Source: Capsulimonadaceae bacterium (lineage in GTDB: Bacteria > Armatimonadota > Armatimonadia > Armatimonadales > Capsulimonadaceae). Taken from it: a DNA stretch of 64,000 bases. This document shows positions 45,300 through 55,015 of the stretch, in pieces. The stretch is from assembly GCA_965246745.1 (NCBI GenBank), contig OZ251980.1, positions 1,444,280 through 1,508,279 of the forward strand, in the 5' to 3' direction. Within the stretch, counting starts at the first letter, position 1, and each line of letters begins with the position of its first letter. Made by a program: the position numbers and the translations under genes. The notes beneath the pieces were generated by a model. The model did not search any database, was not told the DNA's origin, and saw only the letters and a program-made list of their open reading frames with translations.

Positions 45300-47750
45300 C
45301 TATTTCCTCTCGCCGGGCTTTTTCTCGTCTTTCTTCTCGTCGTCGGTCTTGTCCGCCGCCGGGACCTCGAGGGTGATTGGGGGGAAGCCGAATGCCGTGA
45401 ACTGGTAGGTTCCGCCCGTAGAAGGCAGGCGGAAGGTGAGGGCGAACGGGGCGGCGAGGGCGCGGTCGTCTTTGCCGGGGACGTAGGGGACGGACCAGCT
45501 TGCGGTCTCGGCCAGCGCTTTTTGGCCCAAAACGCTGACCGGCAGGCCGGCGGGGCGTATCGGGCGGCTGGGCGGGACGGTGCGGGTCAAGCGGAAGTCG
45601 GCGGGCTTTAGCGTCAAGGGGCGGCGGGTTTCCGCCGTGTCGCGCAGAACAAACGCGATCTCGACATACCGTGGGCCATTATCGGGGCGGCCGGCGTAGG
45701 TTTCGAGAGTCGCCGATGTGACAGTCAGCTCCCAGCCGTTTTGGACTAATTTATCGCCGGTGCGGTGAACGGTATTCGCCCCGTGGTTCAGGTGCTTGTC
45801 GAACCAGGACACGCAGCGGCGCAGCTCGTCGAGCCGGTGCTCCGGCTCGCCGAGTCCGTGGCCTTCGCGGGGGTAGTGGACAAACTCGGCGGGCTTGCCT
45901 AAGAGGTGCAGGGCCTGGTACATCTCCTGGGAATTGGCGATAAACGTGTTCGGGTCCTGGTCGCCGTGCATGATCAAGACGGGCGTCTCGATGTCTGTGA
46001 CGTAAGACGACGGCGAGCGGTCGGCGTACAGCGCGGGCTGCTCCCAGGGAAAGCCACCGAGATACTCGGTTTCCCAGCGCGGGGCCTGCGAATTGGAAAA
46101 ATCGGTGGTGAGCGAGAAGATGCCGAACTGCGACACCGCCGCGCGGAACCGCTTGGTCCGGGCAATCAGCCAGTTCACTAAATAGCCGCCGTAGGACGAG
46201 CCGATGACGGCCAAACGGTCCGGGTCGGCAATTTTTTCGGCGACAGCCTGGTCAATGCCGGCCAGAATGTCGGACACGTCCCCGCCGCCGAGGTCGCCGC
46301 GATTGGCGGTGCTGAACGCGTTCCCGTAGCCTTCGCTGCCCCGGTAATTGGGGGACAAAACCGCGTACCCGGCGGCGGCCCACGTCTGCCACGCGGTGTA
46401 GGGCGACAGGGCCTGCACGCTGCGGCCATGCGGGCCGCCGTGCAGGTTGACAATCAGCGGCAGTTGTCCGCCGCCGCCGTCGGGCGTGCCCGGCGGCAGG
46501 GTCAGCAGGCCCTCGATTTCCAGGCCGTCGGGGGCTTTCCAGGTCACCAATTGGGTCGGGGCGAGGGCGTACTTGTCGGCCCAGTCTTGGTTCAGATCGG
46601 TCAGCGTTTCCGGGCGTTTTTTCCCCGGAGCCAGCCAGCACAATTCGGGGGCGTCCACTGTCGAGCTGGACACATACGCCAGCCCGCCGCTCGGGGCGAC
46701 CGCATAGTCGTGCAGATGCTCGTCGTTTTCGACCATGCTTTCCCACACGGTGCCGTCATAACGAAAAATCGCCGTGGTCGTGCCGAGGGCGGCGAGCGCG
46801 TAGATGTTACCGGCGGCGTCGGTGCGAACCCCGCGCCACCCGGTCAGGTCGTGCGGAAAGCCGGCGGTGAGACAGACGGGGTCAGCTTTTTCCCCTGTCG
46901 CCGCCGCCGCGTACAAATTGGGCTGGGAATACGACAGCGCGGGGTCGAGCGGGGCGACATACAAAACTTTTGAGCCGTCCAGGGTCCAGACGGGATGGAG
47001 CTTGCCGCCGGGGCCGCCCGCAATCGCCCGTGCGTCCCCGCCGTCCATCCCGACCACCCAGACATCGCACTTGTGGTAATCGTTGACTTCGCCGGTGTAG
47101 TTGGTCGTAAATGCGACGCTTTGGCCGTCCGGCGAGGCCGCGATCTCGCCTAATCCGAAATCGCCGGGATAAATCAATTTCGGCTTTTTGCCTTCGCGGT
47201 CAATCCGCCAAATCTGCTGCCGGAACTTTTCCTCGCGCTCGACCACGGCATCGTCTTTGCGCTCGTGTTTGTCTTCGCGGTATTCTTCCAGCGGCTTCGG
47301 GCGCGGCTCGGGGGCCAGATAAACCACGCCCGACGAATCGGGCAGCCAGTCGTAGGCGCTTACGCCCTCGGGCGCATCGGTCAATCGCTCCGCTTCGCCG
47401 CCCATGCCATCGGTCGGCAGCAGCCAGACTTGAGCCTTCGGCTCGTCGTCCTCCGCGCCGTCGCTTTCGTCGTCGCGGTCCGACAAAAACGCCAGCCAAA
47501 GGCCGTCGGGGGACCAGCGCGGCTCGGTTTCATTGCCCCGCCCGCGCGTGATTTGGCGCGGGTCGGCGTCGGACCCGACTTTGAGCAGCCACAGGTGCTG
47601 CGTGACACTGTTTTCGTCCCAATTCGTTTCGCTGACCGCGTAGGCGATGCGCTCGCTGTCCGGGGCAATCTGCACTTCGCCCGGCATTTTCAGCTCCAGC
47701 AGAGCGCGGGGAGTAATCTTCTCGGTCTTCTTCTGCGTCCGTCTTGCCAT
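45300..47750 (-). CDS. S9-family serine peptidase (prolyl oligopeptidase / acylaminoacyl peptidase-like) with an N-terminal beta-propeller
   Basis: The nucleophile motif is GSSYGGY and there is a DPN…H region. From the internal ATG at 47750 it reads MARRTQKK…. Confidence 0.85.
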   Translation of the reverse strand: MARRTQKKTEKITPRALLELKMPGEVQIAPDSERIAYAVSETNWDENSVTQHLWLLKVGSDADPRQITRGRGNETEPRWSPDGLWLAFLSDRDDESDGAEDDEPKAQVWLLPTDGMGGEAERLTDAPEGVSAYDWLPDSSGVVYLAPEPRPKPLEEYREDKHERKDDAVVEREEKFRQQIWRIDREGKKPKLIYPGDFGLGEIAASPDGQSVAFTTNYTGEVNDYHKCDVWVVGMDGGDARAIAGGPGGKLHPVWTLDGSKVLYVAPLDPALSYSQPNLYAAAATGEKADPVCLTAGFPHDLTGWRGVRTDAAGNIYALAALGTTTAIFRYDGTVWESMVENDEHLHDYAVAPSGGLAYVSSSTVDAPELCWLAPGKKRPETLTDLNQDWADKYALAPTQLVTWKAPDGLEIEGLLTLPPGTPDGGGGQLPLIVNLHGGPHGRSVQALSPYTAWQTWAAAGYAVLSPNYRGSEGYGNAFSTANRGDLGGGDVSDILAGIDQAVAEKIADPDRLAVIGSSYGGYLVNWLIARTKRFRAAVSQFGIFSLTTDFSNSQAPRWETEYLGGFPWEQPALYADRSPSSYVTDIETPVLIMHGDQDPNTFIANSQEMYQALHLLGKPAEFVHYPREGHGLGEPEHRLDELRRCVSWFDKHLNHGANTVHRTGDKLVQNGWELTVTSATLETYAGRPDNGPRYVEIAFVLRDTAETRRPLTLKPADFRLTRTVPPSRPIRPAGLPVSVLGQKALAETASWSVPYVPGKDDRALAAPFALTFRLPSTGGTYQFTAFGFPPITLEVPAADKTDDEKKDEKKPGERK

Positions 47751-47799
47751 AGACGCAGATTGTACCCGATAGGAACAAGCATCCGCCGCCGAACCGTCC

Positions 47800-47846
47800 C
47801 GGCACAAAAACACCCGGCCCCTGATGATTGGGGCCGGGTGTTTCTA
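47800..47846 (-). terminator. Rho-independent terminator (hairpin cacccggcccc…ggggccgggtg followed by a T-tract on the minus strand)
   Basis: It lies downstream of the PEP-CTERM gene. Confidence 0.55.
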
Positions 47847-47865
47847 TGGCACAAGCCGGGAACGA

Positions 47866-48567
47866 CTAAGCGGCAGCGCTGCGCTTGCGGCGAGCCGAGA
47901 CAGCCCCGCCGAGGCCGAGGGCCAGCAGGAGGGCGAACGAGACGGTGGTGGAGGCTTCGGGCACGGGGTCAATCGCCGGGCCGACGGTGCCGGAAACGCC
48001 GGAAACGCGCAGGCCGGTGGAGCTTTGGCCGTCGTCGAGCACCACAAAGTCCAGCGTGTTGAGGCCGGCGTGGAACCCGGAGCCGATAGAAAACGCGCTG
48101 TAGGCGTTGTTGGCGTTCGACACGTTGCCGGTCGAAAGGCCGTTGATCAAGATGTCGGTGCCGAAGTTGTCGGTGGCCCAGAAGCCCGACAGCGACGCGG
48201 CGGCGGGGTCCAGGCCGGTCAGGTCGAACGTTGTCTGGTAGTCATAATAGCCGGCCACGCCGGCGGTTTGCAGGAACGGGTCGTTGGTCGGGGCGATCCA
48301 CGCCGAATCGGGCGCGTCGGCCAGCCAGCCGTTGGAAACCAGCGGAAAGCCGTAGGCGGAGGTCAGCACTTGCAGGCTGCCGGACGTGCCGGCGGGATGC
48401 TGGGTCAGGGTGTAATGCGGGTCGCCGAGCGTACCGCTGGGCAGGGACGCCCCGGCGGAGTCAACGCCGGTGCTGTAGACCGTAAAGGTCTGCGCCGAGG
48501 CGGCGTGGGCGCTCAGCAGGCCGAGAGCGGCGAAAGCGAGCAGGGTCGGGCGATAAGTATTATTCAT
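47866..48567 (-). CDS. PEP-CTERM sorting-domain secreted protein
   Basis: It has a signal peptide. The C-terminal VPEASTTVSFALLLALGLGGAVSARRKR is the PEP-CTERM motif, followed by a TM segment and a basic tail. Confidence 0.8.
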   Translation of the reverse strand: MNNTYRPTLLAFAALGLLSAHAASAQTFTVYSTGVDSAGASLPSGTLGDPHYTLTQHPAGTSGSLQVLTSAYGFPLVSNGWLADAPDSAWIAPTNDPFLQTAGVAGYYDYQTTFDLTGLDPAAASLSGFWATDNFGTDILINGLSTGNVSNANNAYSAFSIGSGFHAGLNTLDFVVLDDGQSSTGLRVSGVSGTVGPAIDPVPEASTTVSFALLLALGLGGAVSARRKRSAAA

Positions 48568-49017
48568 AACGGCATGTCCTTTGTATGCGAAAGCCCGGCA
48601 GAGTTTGTGCGAACGTCACCGTATTATACTGCACAAACCATGCCGAAGGCAAGAGCAGGCAGGCGGCGGAGCGAATAACCCGGTATCTTTACCGGAGAAA
48701 AGAGCGTTTCGGGCGGTTCCGGCGCAGAAAAGCCGGTATTTGTCGGGGTAACTGTTTAGCGCCCCCTGCCGATAATCTTGAATGTCTGACACGCCAATCG
48801 CTGCTCGACAAAGGCAAACCTGGGGAAACGCAGGGACGCAAAGCACAGGGCCTTCGCATGTAAACAATCACCGTGCATGGCAGCCTGGCCTCCGAAAGTG
48901 CGACAGCATGAATATACACGCAACGCGCCCGGTCCCCTTCTAGAAAGGACCGGGCGTTTTGGCGTCCGCGTCCGCATCGCCCTACAGCCCGGTAATCGCC
49001 GTGCCGATAACAACGGC

Positions 49018-49740
49018 ATGAAAGTTCTCCGGCACCCGCGTCATGCCGACAAAATCATGCGGATTGAAGGAACGCTGGCGGTCGGCGGGGTCGGCGGCGG
49101 CGTTTTGCTGTGGACCCAGGCCGCCCATTTCGGCGGCTACGCGTTCGCTGCCGCTGCATTCTTAAGCCTCGGCGGGGTGCAGGCCGGAGTCCGCGCCCTC
49201 AGAAACCACAACCGCTGGCACCGGGGCACGAGCGGGGAAGACGCGGTGCTCCAGACCCTGCGCGGCCTGCCGGACGGCTACACGGCGGTCGCCAATTTTG
49301 TCGCGCCGGGCACCCGGCAGGGCGACATGGACCTGCTGGTGCTCGGCCCCGCCGGGGTGCTCGTGATTGAAGTCAAATCGTACACAGGCCGCTTCGCCTG
49401 CGCGGGCGACCTGTGGTTCACGGTGGAGGCAGACGGCGTCCGCCGCCCCTTGAAAGGCAGCGTCTCGCGCCAGCTTAAACGCGCCGGCAAGACCGCCGGG
49501 CATTATTTGGTGGACTGCGACGTAAGCATCCCTGTCCACACCGCCGCCGTGTTCCGCGCCGGAGCCGAGCTGGAGCTGACCCGCCCGACGGTTCCCATCG
49601 TCCGCGAAGACGCCCTCCTCGCCCATATTTTGGCGCTGCCCCCCGCCCCCGTCCCCTGCGCCCTCTCCGAAATCGAGCCGCTGTTCGCCCCTGACCCGCC
49701 CGCCCGCCGCCTCGCCCTGCCCCTGCTGCCGTCGCGCTAG
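49018..49740 (+). CDS. NERD (nuclease-related domain) protein with N-terminal TM helices
   Basis: The NERD motif region is DLLVLGPAGVLVIEVKSYTG. Confidence 0.7.
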   Translation: MKVLRHPRHADKIMRIEGTLAVGGVGGGVLLWTQAAHFGGYAFAAAAFLSLGGVQAGVRALRNHNRWHRGTSGEDAVLQTLRGLPDGYTAVANFVAPGTRQGDMDLLVLGPAGVLVIEVKSYTGRFACAGDLWFTVEADGVRRPLKGSVSRQLKRAGKTAGHYLVDCDVSIPVHTAAVFRAGAELELTRPTVPIVREDALLAHILALPPAPVPCALSEIEPLFAPDPPARRLALPLLPSR

Positions 49741-49772
49741 AAGCGCAGGGCGGTCTCGGGTACAATCGCGTT

Positions 49773-52658
49773 ATGCCGATGACAACGTATTCCGATTTGA
49801 CGCCGGACGCGCTGGCGGGGCTGGGCTTTGACGACCCCGCGCATGCCTGCCGGACGCTGCAAGGCATGGCGGGGCAGGGAGTCCCCGACCGCGCGTTTGA
49901 GGCGCTTTTGGCGGTGATCGTGCCGGCGCTCGGGCGCAGCGCGGACCCGGACCGAGCAGTCGCCAATCTCGGACGCTGGATGGACGCCGCCGGCAGCCGG
50001 ACCGCCGCTTACGGGACGCTTTCGGCCTACCCGGCCGCCGCCGAGATGCTGCTGACATTGTTTGCGGCGTCGCAGTTTTTCGCCGAGCTGCTCCTTGCCA
50101 ACCCGGAGTATTTGGAGATTTTGACCAACCCGGCCATCCGCGACCGGGGCCGGACGCCGGACGATTTATGGCGCGATCTTGCGCGGCGGGTCGGGATCGG
50201 AAAGACGCCCAACGCGCGGCGGGACGCCCTGCGGCGGTTCAAGCCGCCCGAAATACTGAGGATCGGGGCGCGGGACCTGCTCGGCTTTGCGGACGTGCCC
50301 GAGACCATCGCCGCGATCAGCGACTTCGCCGATGCCTGCGTTCAAATGGCCCTGCAAATCTGCGCGGACGAGCGCGGACTGGCCGATGCGCCGTTTGCCG
50401 TGTTTGCGCTCGGCAAGCTCGGCGGGCGGGAGCTGAATTATGCGTCGGACATTGACCTGGTGTTTGTTCACGGCGACCACATGCCGGCGGCGGCCGCCGT
50501 GAAGCTCGGCGAGGCGGTGCGGGACACGCTGGCGAAGCCGACCGACGCCGGGTTTGTGTTTCGGGTGGACCTGCGCCTGCGGCCCGAAGGCCGGTTCGGG
50601 CCGGTCTCGCGGTCGCTGGCCGCCTGCCGGGCGTACTACGAATCGTGGGCGGAACCCTGGGAGCGGCAGGCGCTGCTGAAAGCCCGGTTTGTGGCCGGCG
50701 ACCCGGCCGTCGGCGCGGCGTGGACGGCGCTGGCGGAAGCGTTTGCCTACCGGGGACGGGTGGAAGAGTCGTTTGTCGAAAGCATCCAAGCGGGCAAGCG
50801 GCGCATCGAGCAAAAAATCGCGCGGGCGGGCGAAGCCGAGATCAATGTCAAAGAGGGCGTGGGCGGCATCCGGGATGTCGAGTTCGCGGTGCAGCTTTTG
50901 CAGCTTCTCGCCGGCGGGGCAACCCCGGAGCTGCGGACCGGCCGCACGCTGCGGGCGCTGGACGCACTGTCCGGCGCGAGCCTGCTGACGCCCGCCGAGC
51001 GGGACACTCTGCGCGAGTCGTATTTGTTTCTGCGGAACGCCGAGCACCGGCTTCAGCTTCGCGACGAGCTGCCGGTCCGCACCCTGCCGCGCGACCCCGC
51101 CGAGATGGACAAGTTCGGCCGGCGACTCGGCTACGCGGGCGGAGCGGCGTTTTTGTCGGAGTACACGGGGCACACGGCCCGCACCCATGCGCTGTTCACC
51201 CGGCTTTTTTACGGCGCGGCCCCGGCCCGCCCGCCTTCGCCGGCCGTTTCCCCCCTGGCAGACTGGGCGCTGGCCCCTGAAGACGACCCCGTCGCTTCAG
51301 CGGCGCTGCGCCGGGCGCTGGCCGAGCGCGGCTTTTCGGACCCCGATTCGGCGGGGCAAACACTGCGGCGGTCGGTCTCGGGCACCGACTACGGCGCGGT
51401 GTCCCCTGCCGACCGGGCGGCGTTTGCCGCGCTGATGCCCGCCCTGCTGGACGCCGCCGAACAGACCGAAAATCCCGATGCCGCCCTGCACGGCCTGGAC
51501 CGGCTCGCCGACGCCGTGCCGTCCCGCGCGGCCTTGTTCGGGTCGCTGGCGGACAGCAAGACTTTTCTGCCGCGCCTGGCCGCGCTCGCCGCCGGCAGCC
51601 CGCATTTGTGGCAGATGCTTCTCGGGCATTTGGAGCTGCTGGATTTGCTGGCTGACGACGGCGCGATGGACACGCCGCCGCGCTTCCGGCCCGCCCCCAC
51701 CCTCCTCGAGATCGCCGCGCTGGTCCGCCGCGCCCGGCTGCACACCGGCGCACGCGATCTTTGGGGCCTGGCGGATACGGCGGCGGTTTTGGCCGAAACA
51801 ACGCAGGCCGCCGAAGCCGCGCTGTCGTCGGCCCTGGCGCTGACGCGTTCCGAGCTGGGCTTCGGGGGAGAGTTCGCCGTCATCGGCCTGGGCAAGCTCG
51901 GCGGCGCGGAGCTGGGATACGGCTCGGATTTAGACGTGGTTTATGTCGCCGGCCCCGACCAATTGGCCGACGCCGCCCGGCTGGCCGAGCGGACTCAGCG
52001 GCTTTTGAAGGACGATTTAGGCCGCTTCGGGGTGCGCCTGGAAACCGACCCCCGCCTGCGCCCTGAAGGCCGCAAGGGTCAGCTTGTCCTGGACCTGGCT
52101 TCCTATGCGGCGTACTATGCCCGGTCGGCGCAGACGTGGGAGCGGCAGATGCTCGTGAAAGCCCGCTTTGTCGCCGGCGATCCCGCCCTCGGCGCGGCCT
52201 GGGAGCGTCTTGCGGCGGAAACCGTCTACGGCCTGCCGTGGACCGAAGCCGCTTTGGCCGAAGTGCAGGCGATGAAGCGGCGGATCGAAGCCGAGCGTGT
52301 CCACGACCCGCGCGACATAAAGCTCGGCCCCGGCGGCCTCTCGGACATCGAGTGGACCGCCCAAATGCTTCAGCTCCGCTTCGGCCCCCAGCGCCCGCGC
52401 CTGCGGACGGCAAGCACCCTGGACGCCCTGCGCCGCCTGCGCGACGACGCCCGGCTGACTCAGGCCGATTGGGAAACTTTGTCTGAGACTTATCTGGCCC
52501 TCGCGCAGTTTCGCAACCGGCAGTTTCTGCGCTCGGGCCGGGCATCAAGCGCCCCTGCCGACGTGCCGGACACGCTCTCGGCGCAGCGGGCGGCAGCGCG
52601 GGACATCTGCCTGCGCGTGTTTTATGAACTCACTCCGGCACCGGGCGCAGGGCCGTGA
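49773..52658 (+). CDS. glnE: Bifunctional glutamine synthetase adenylyltransferase / adenylyl-removing enzyme GlnE
   Basis: 961 aa. It has two nucleotidyltransferase modules (LGKLGGRELNYASDIDLVFV and IGLGKLGGAELGYGSDLDVVYV). Confidence 0.9.
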   Translation: MPMTTYSDLTPDALAGLGFDDPAHACRTLQGMAGQGVPDRAFEALLAVIVPALGRSADPDRAVANLGRWMDAAGSRTAAYGTLSAYPAAAEMLLTLFAASQFFAELLLANPEYLEILTNPAIRDRGRTPDDLWRDLARRVGIGKTPNARRDALRRFKPPEILRIGARDLLGFADVPETIAAISDFADACVQMALQICADERGLADAPFAVFALGKLGGRELNYASDIDLVFVHGDHMPAAAAVKLGEAVRDTLAKPTDAGFVFRVDLRLRPEGRFGPVSRSLAACRAYYESWAEPWERQALLKARFVAGDPAVGAAWTALAEAFAYRGRVEESFVESIQAGKRRIEQKIARAGEAEINVKEGVGGIRDVEFAVQLLQLLAGGATPELRTGRTLRALDALSGASLLTPAERDTLRESYLFLRNAEHRLQLRDELPVRTLPRDPAEMDKFGRRLGYAGGAAFLSEYTGHTARTHALFTRLFYGAAPARPPSPAVSPLADWALAPEDDPVASAALRRALAERGFSDPDSAGQTLRRSVSGTDYGAVSPADRAAFAALMPALLDAAEQTENPDAALHGLDRLADAVPSRAALFGSLADSKTFLPRLAALAAGSPHLWQMLLGHLELLDLLADDGAMDTPPRFRPAPTLLEIAALVRRARLHTGARDLWGLADTAAVLAETTQAAEAALSSALALTRSELGFGGEFAVIGLGKLGGAELGYGSDLDVVYVAGPDQLADAARLAERTQRLLKDDLGRFGVRLETDPRLRPEGRKGQLVLDLASYAAYYARSAQTWERQMLVKARFVAGDPALGAAWERLAAETVYGLPWTEAALAEVQAMKRRIEAERVHDPRDIKLGPGGLSDIEWTAQMLQLRFGPQRPRLRTASTLDALRRLRDDARLTQADWETLSETYLALAQFRNRQFLRSGRASSAPADVPDTLSAQRAAARDICLRVFYELTPAPGAGP

Positions 52659-54030
52659 TTTTGTGGTCTTTGTCCACCGCAATCAGCCAGACAACTGCGG
52701 TTGTCCCGTACAGCGCCCGGTACTTGGCAAGGCCGGAAGCCGGGTCCCGGCGCAGCAGGGAAAGCGAAGTCAGCGGGCCGAGCGGAGCCAAAAGGGCGTG
52801 AGCGGGACCCACCGCCGCCGGCGTCAGCGCGTCCCGGAGCGCCGGGGCGAACAGCGCATGGTCGAGCGTGCCCGACGCGATCTGCGCGGAGACGGTTTTG
52901 AGCAGCGCGGCGGTCTGCGGGTCGGTGTTAAGGACGGCGGCTTCGGCAGGCGGCGCGGGCAAAAATTGTTTGGCGACTCCGAGCGCCAGCGGCTGAGTTA
53001 GCTCCGGATCGGCCTGGTCAAACAGATTGCACAAGACAACGACAGCCAGGCGGCTGTCCATAAAATAAGCAATCGTGGCGGCGTAGCCGGGAGTCGCGCC
53101 GGTGTGGGTCACCAGCGCCTGCCCCCGGTAAGGGGCGACGACAAAGCCGAAGCCGTAAGAAGTCGGGGTGCTGTCCGGCAGCCGCCCCGGCGTAATCATC
53201 TGCTTCAAGGTCGCGGCGCTGACAAGCCGCCCGGCGGAAAGCGCCGTGGTCCATTTGGCCAGGTCGCCGGCGGTAGACATCAGGCCGTCGTCGCCGAAGT
53301 CCAGGGCGCGAGGCAGAAAAGTTTTGTTGACGACGCGCTCCGTGCCGTTCCAGTTGTATCCGGCCGCCTGACCGGGCAGCGGTGCCGGCCCTGTCGCCAG
53401 GCCGGTCGCGGTCATCCCGGCGGCGTGGAATTGATGCGTCGCCAGGTACGCCTCGTAACTCTGCCCGGAAACTTTTTCGATAATCTGCCCGAGCAGGTGG
53501 TAGTTCGTGTTGCTGTACTCGAACTTGGTCCCCGGCGCAAAATGAAGCGTTTTGCCCGCCAGCAGCGCGGTGACGCTGTTCGGCCTGACATAATTCGGGT
53601 CGGCCAGCGTGTTGTAATCCAGAAACTCCCGGTAATTCGGCAGGCCCGACGTGTGCGTCAAAAGCTGCCGCACAGTGATCCGGATCCACGCCGCCGGCAG
53701 GCCGGGCAGGTAGCGCGAGGCTGAGGCGTCGAGGTCCACTTTGCCTGCTTCCTGAAGCTGAAGCACGGCGACGGCAGTAAACGGCTTGGTACAGGAGCCG
53801 AGAATAAACCGCGTGCTTAAAGTCGCCGGTGTCTTTGCGGCAACATCGCTGACTCCGTAAGCCGCCGCTTTGACCACCGCGCCGTCCTGCACGACCGCGA
53901 CCGACAGGCCCGGAATATGCCGCGCGGCCATCTGCGCTTTGAGAAAGTCGTCCGTGCTGTCCGCACGGGCCGGCAGAACAGGCGCAAGGAGCGCAGCGGT
54001 AACAAGCAGAATTCGGCGTAGGTATCTCAT
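52630..54030 (-). CDS. Serine hydrolase of the beta-lactamase / class C family
   Basis: The catalytic SxxK motif is LGSCTKPFTAV. There is a signal peptide after the internal ATG at 54030 (MRYLRRILLVTAALLAP). Confidence 0.8.
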   Translation of the reverse strand: MRYLRRILLVTAALLAPVLPARADSTDDFLKAQMAARHIPGLSVAVVQDGAVVKAAAYGVSDVAAKTPATLSTRFILGSCTKPFTAVAVLQLQEAGKVDLDASASRYLPGLPAAWIRITVRQLLTHTSGLPNYREFLDYNTLADPNYVRPNSVTALLAGKTLHFAPGTKFEYSNTNYHLLGQIIEKVSGQSYEAYLATHQFHAAGMTATGLATGPAPLPGQAAGYNWNGTERVVNKTFLPRALDFGDDGLMSTAGDLAKWTTALSAGRLVSAATLKQMITPGRLPDSTPTSYGFGFVVAPYRGQALVTHTGATPGYAATIAYFMDSRLAVVVLCNLFDQADPELTQPLALGVAKQFLPAPPAEAAVLNTDPQTAALLKTVSAQIASGTLDHALFAPALRDALTPAAVGPAHALLAPLGPLTSLSLLRRDPASGLAKYRALYGTTAVVWLIAVDKDHKITALRPVPE

Positions 54031-54068
54031 GCTGCCATGATACCCCCAGACATCGGAATTTGCACTCG

Positions 54069-54725
54069 TCACACCGCTTCTTCGCGGCCGCTCCCGCCCT
54101 GCCTGAACAGTCGGTACGAGTAGGCGATGGGAACAGCGAGCAGCACCGCGAAGACGACGGGAAGCAGAAGAGCGGGCGAGAGGCCGAGCCAGAGCAGCGC
54201 TGCGCCGAGCAGGGACACGCCGACCCAGAGGCGTCCGGCGAACCGATGGGTCGCGATCCAGTTGGCATCCGACGCCAGCGTCCACGGGAGTCGAATTCCG
54301 GTCCACGGGTTACGGCGCGTTTTGCCCAGCACGTTGCCGAGCAGCACAAACAACAGCAGCATTCCCGTGAGGATCAGCTTTGAGATCGGCAGGCCGGGAT
54401 GCAGCACGATTTGGAGGGTGACGACGTTGACATACGCCATCAAAATTGCGGTCACAACGGAGATATAATTTCCGATGGCAGTTGATGGGTTCATCCCAGT
54501 GGGCACGCGCAGGCGCGGCAGGAGAGTGATAAGAAGTGCAATAATGAGCAGCGGGAGCAGGCTGAGAAAATACACAGTCCCTTTGGGGCTGAAGCCGTCG
54601 GCCTGCCCGTAGATGTTCCAGTGGCTTGGAATGACGGCGGGCAGGTGCGGATTAAGCAGGTAATCGTACACAAGCGTCGCGGCGATCAGCGCGAAGAGGG
54701 TCAAGTTTGCGTGCCGGGTTTCCAT
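54069..54725 (-). CDS. SdpI/YhfL-family membrane protein (DUF1648 + SdpI)
   Basis: Polytopic membrane protein. It is adjacent to an ArsR-family regulator, matching the SdpR/SdpI pair. Confidence 0.65.
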   Translation of the reverse strand: METRHANLTLFALIAATLVYDYLLNPHLPAVIPSHWNIYGQADGFSPKGTVYFLSLLPLLIIALLITLLPRLRVPTGMNPSTAIGNYISVVTAILMAYVNVVTLQIVLHPGLPISKLILTGMLLLFVLLGNVLGKTRRNPWTGIRLPWTLASDANWIATHRFAGRLWVGVSLLGAALLWLGLSPALLLPVVFAVLLAVPIAYSYRLFRQGGSGREEAV

Positions 54726-55015
54726 TGGGGTTCCTCTTGTGCTTTTATCTCTGCTGTCGGCAGCAGCTCCATCACGGCGGCGACGACTTCCTGAAAAACC
54801 GTCGTGTTAAGCGAGTAATAAATCTGCTGGCCGCCGCGCCGGGACGCGATGAGATCGGCCTGCTTCAAGACGCTGAAATGGTGGGACATGGACGGGGCCG
54901 AGATGTCGAACTGCTCCGCCAGTTCCCCCGCCGTCAGTTCCCGGCCTTCGAGAAGCTGCAAGATGCGCCGCCGTGTCGGGTCCGCCAGCGCCTTGAAGAC
55001 GCTGTCACTCTTCAT
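54701..55015 (-). CDS. ArsR-family transcriptional regulator (SdpR-like)
   Basis: The HTH is LADPTRRRILQLLEGRELTAGELAEQFDISAPSMSHHFSVL. Confidence 0.8.
   Translation of the reverse strand: MKSDSVFKALADPTRRRILQLLEGRELTAGELAEQFDISAPSMSHHFSVLKQADLIASRRGGQQIYYSLNTTVFQEVVAAVMELLPTAEIKAQEEPQWKPGTQT

Noticed and set aside
47824-48678. 284 aa plus-strand ORF over the PEP-CTERM gene
   Set aside because: It is antisense to a gene with a signal peptide and a PEP-CTERM motif.
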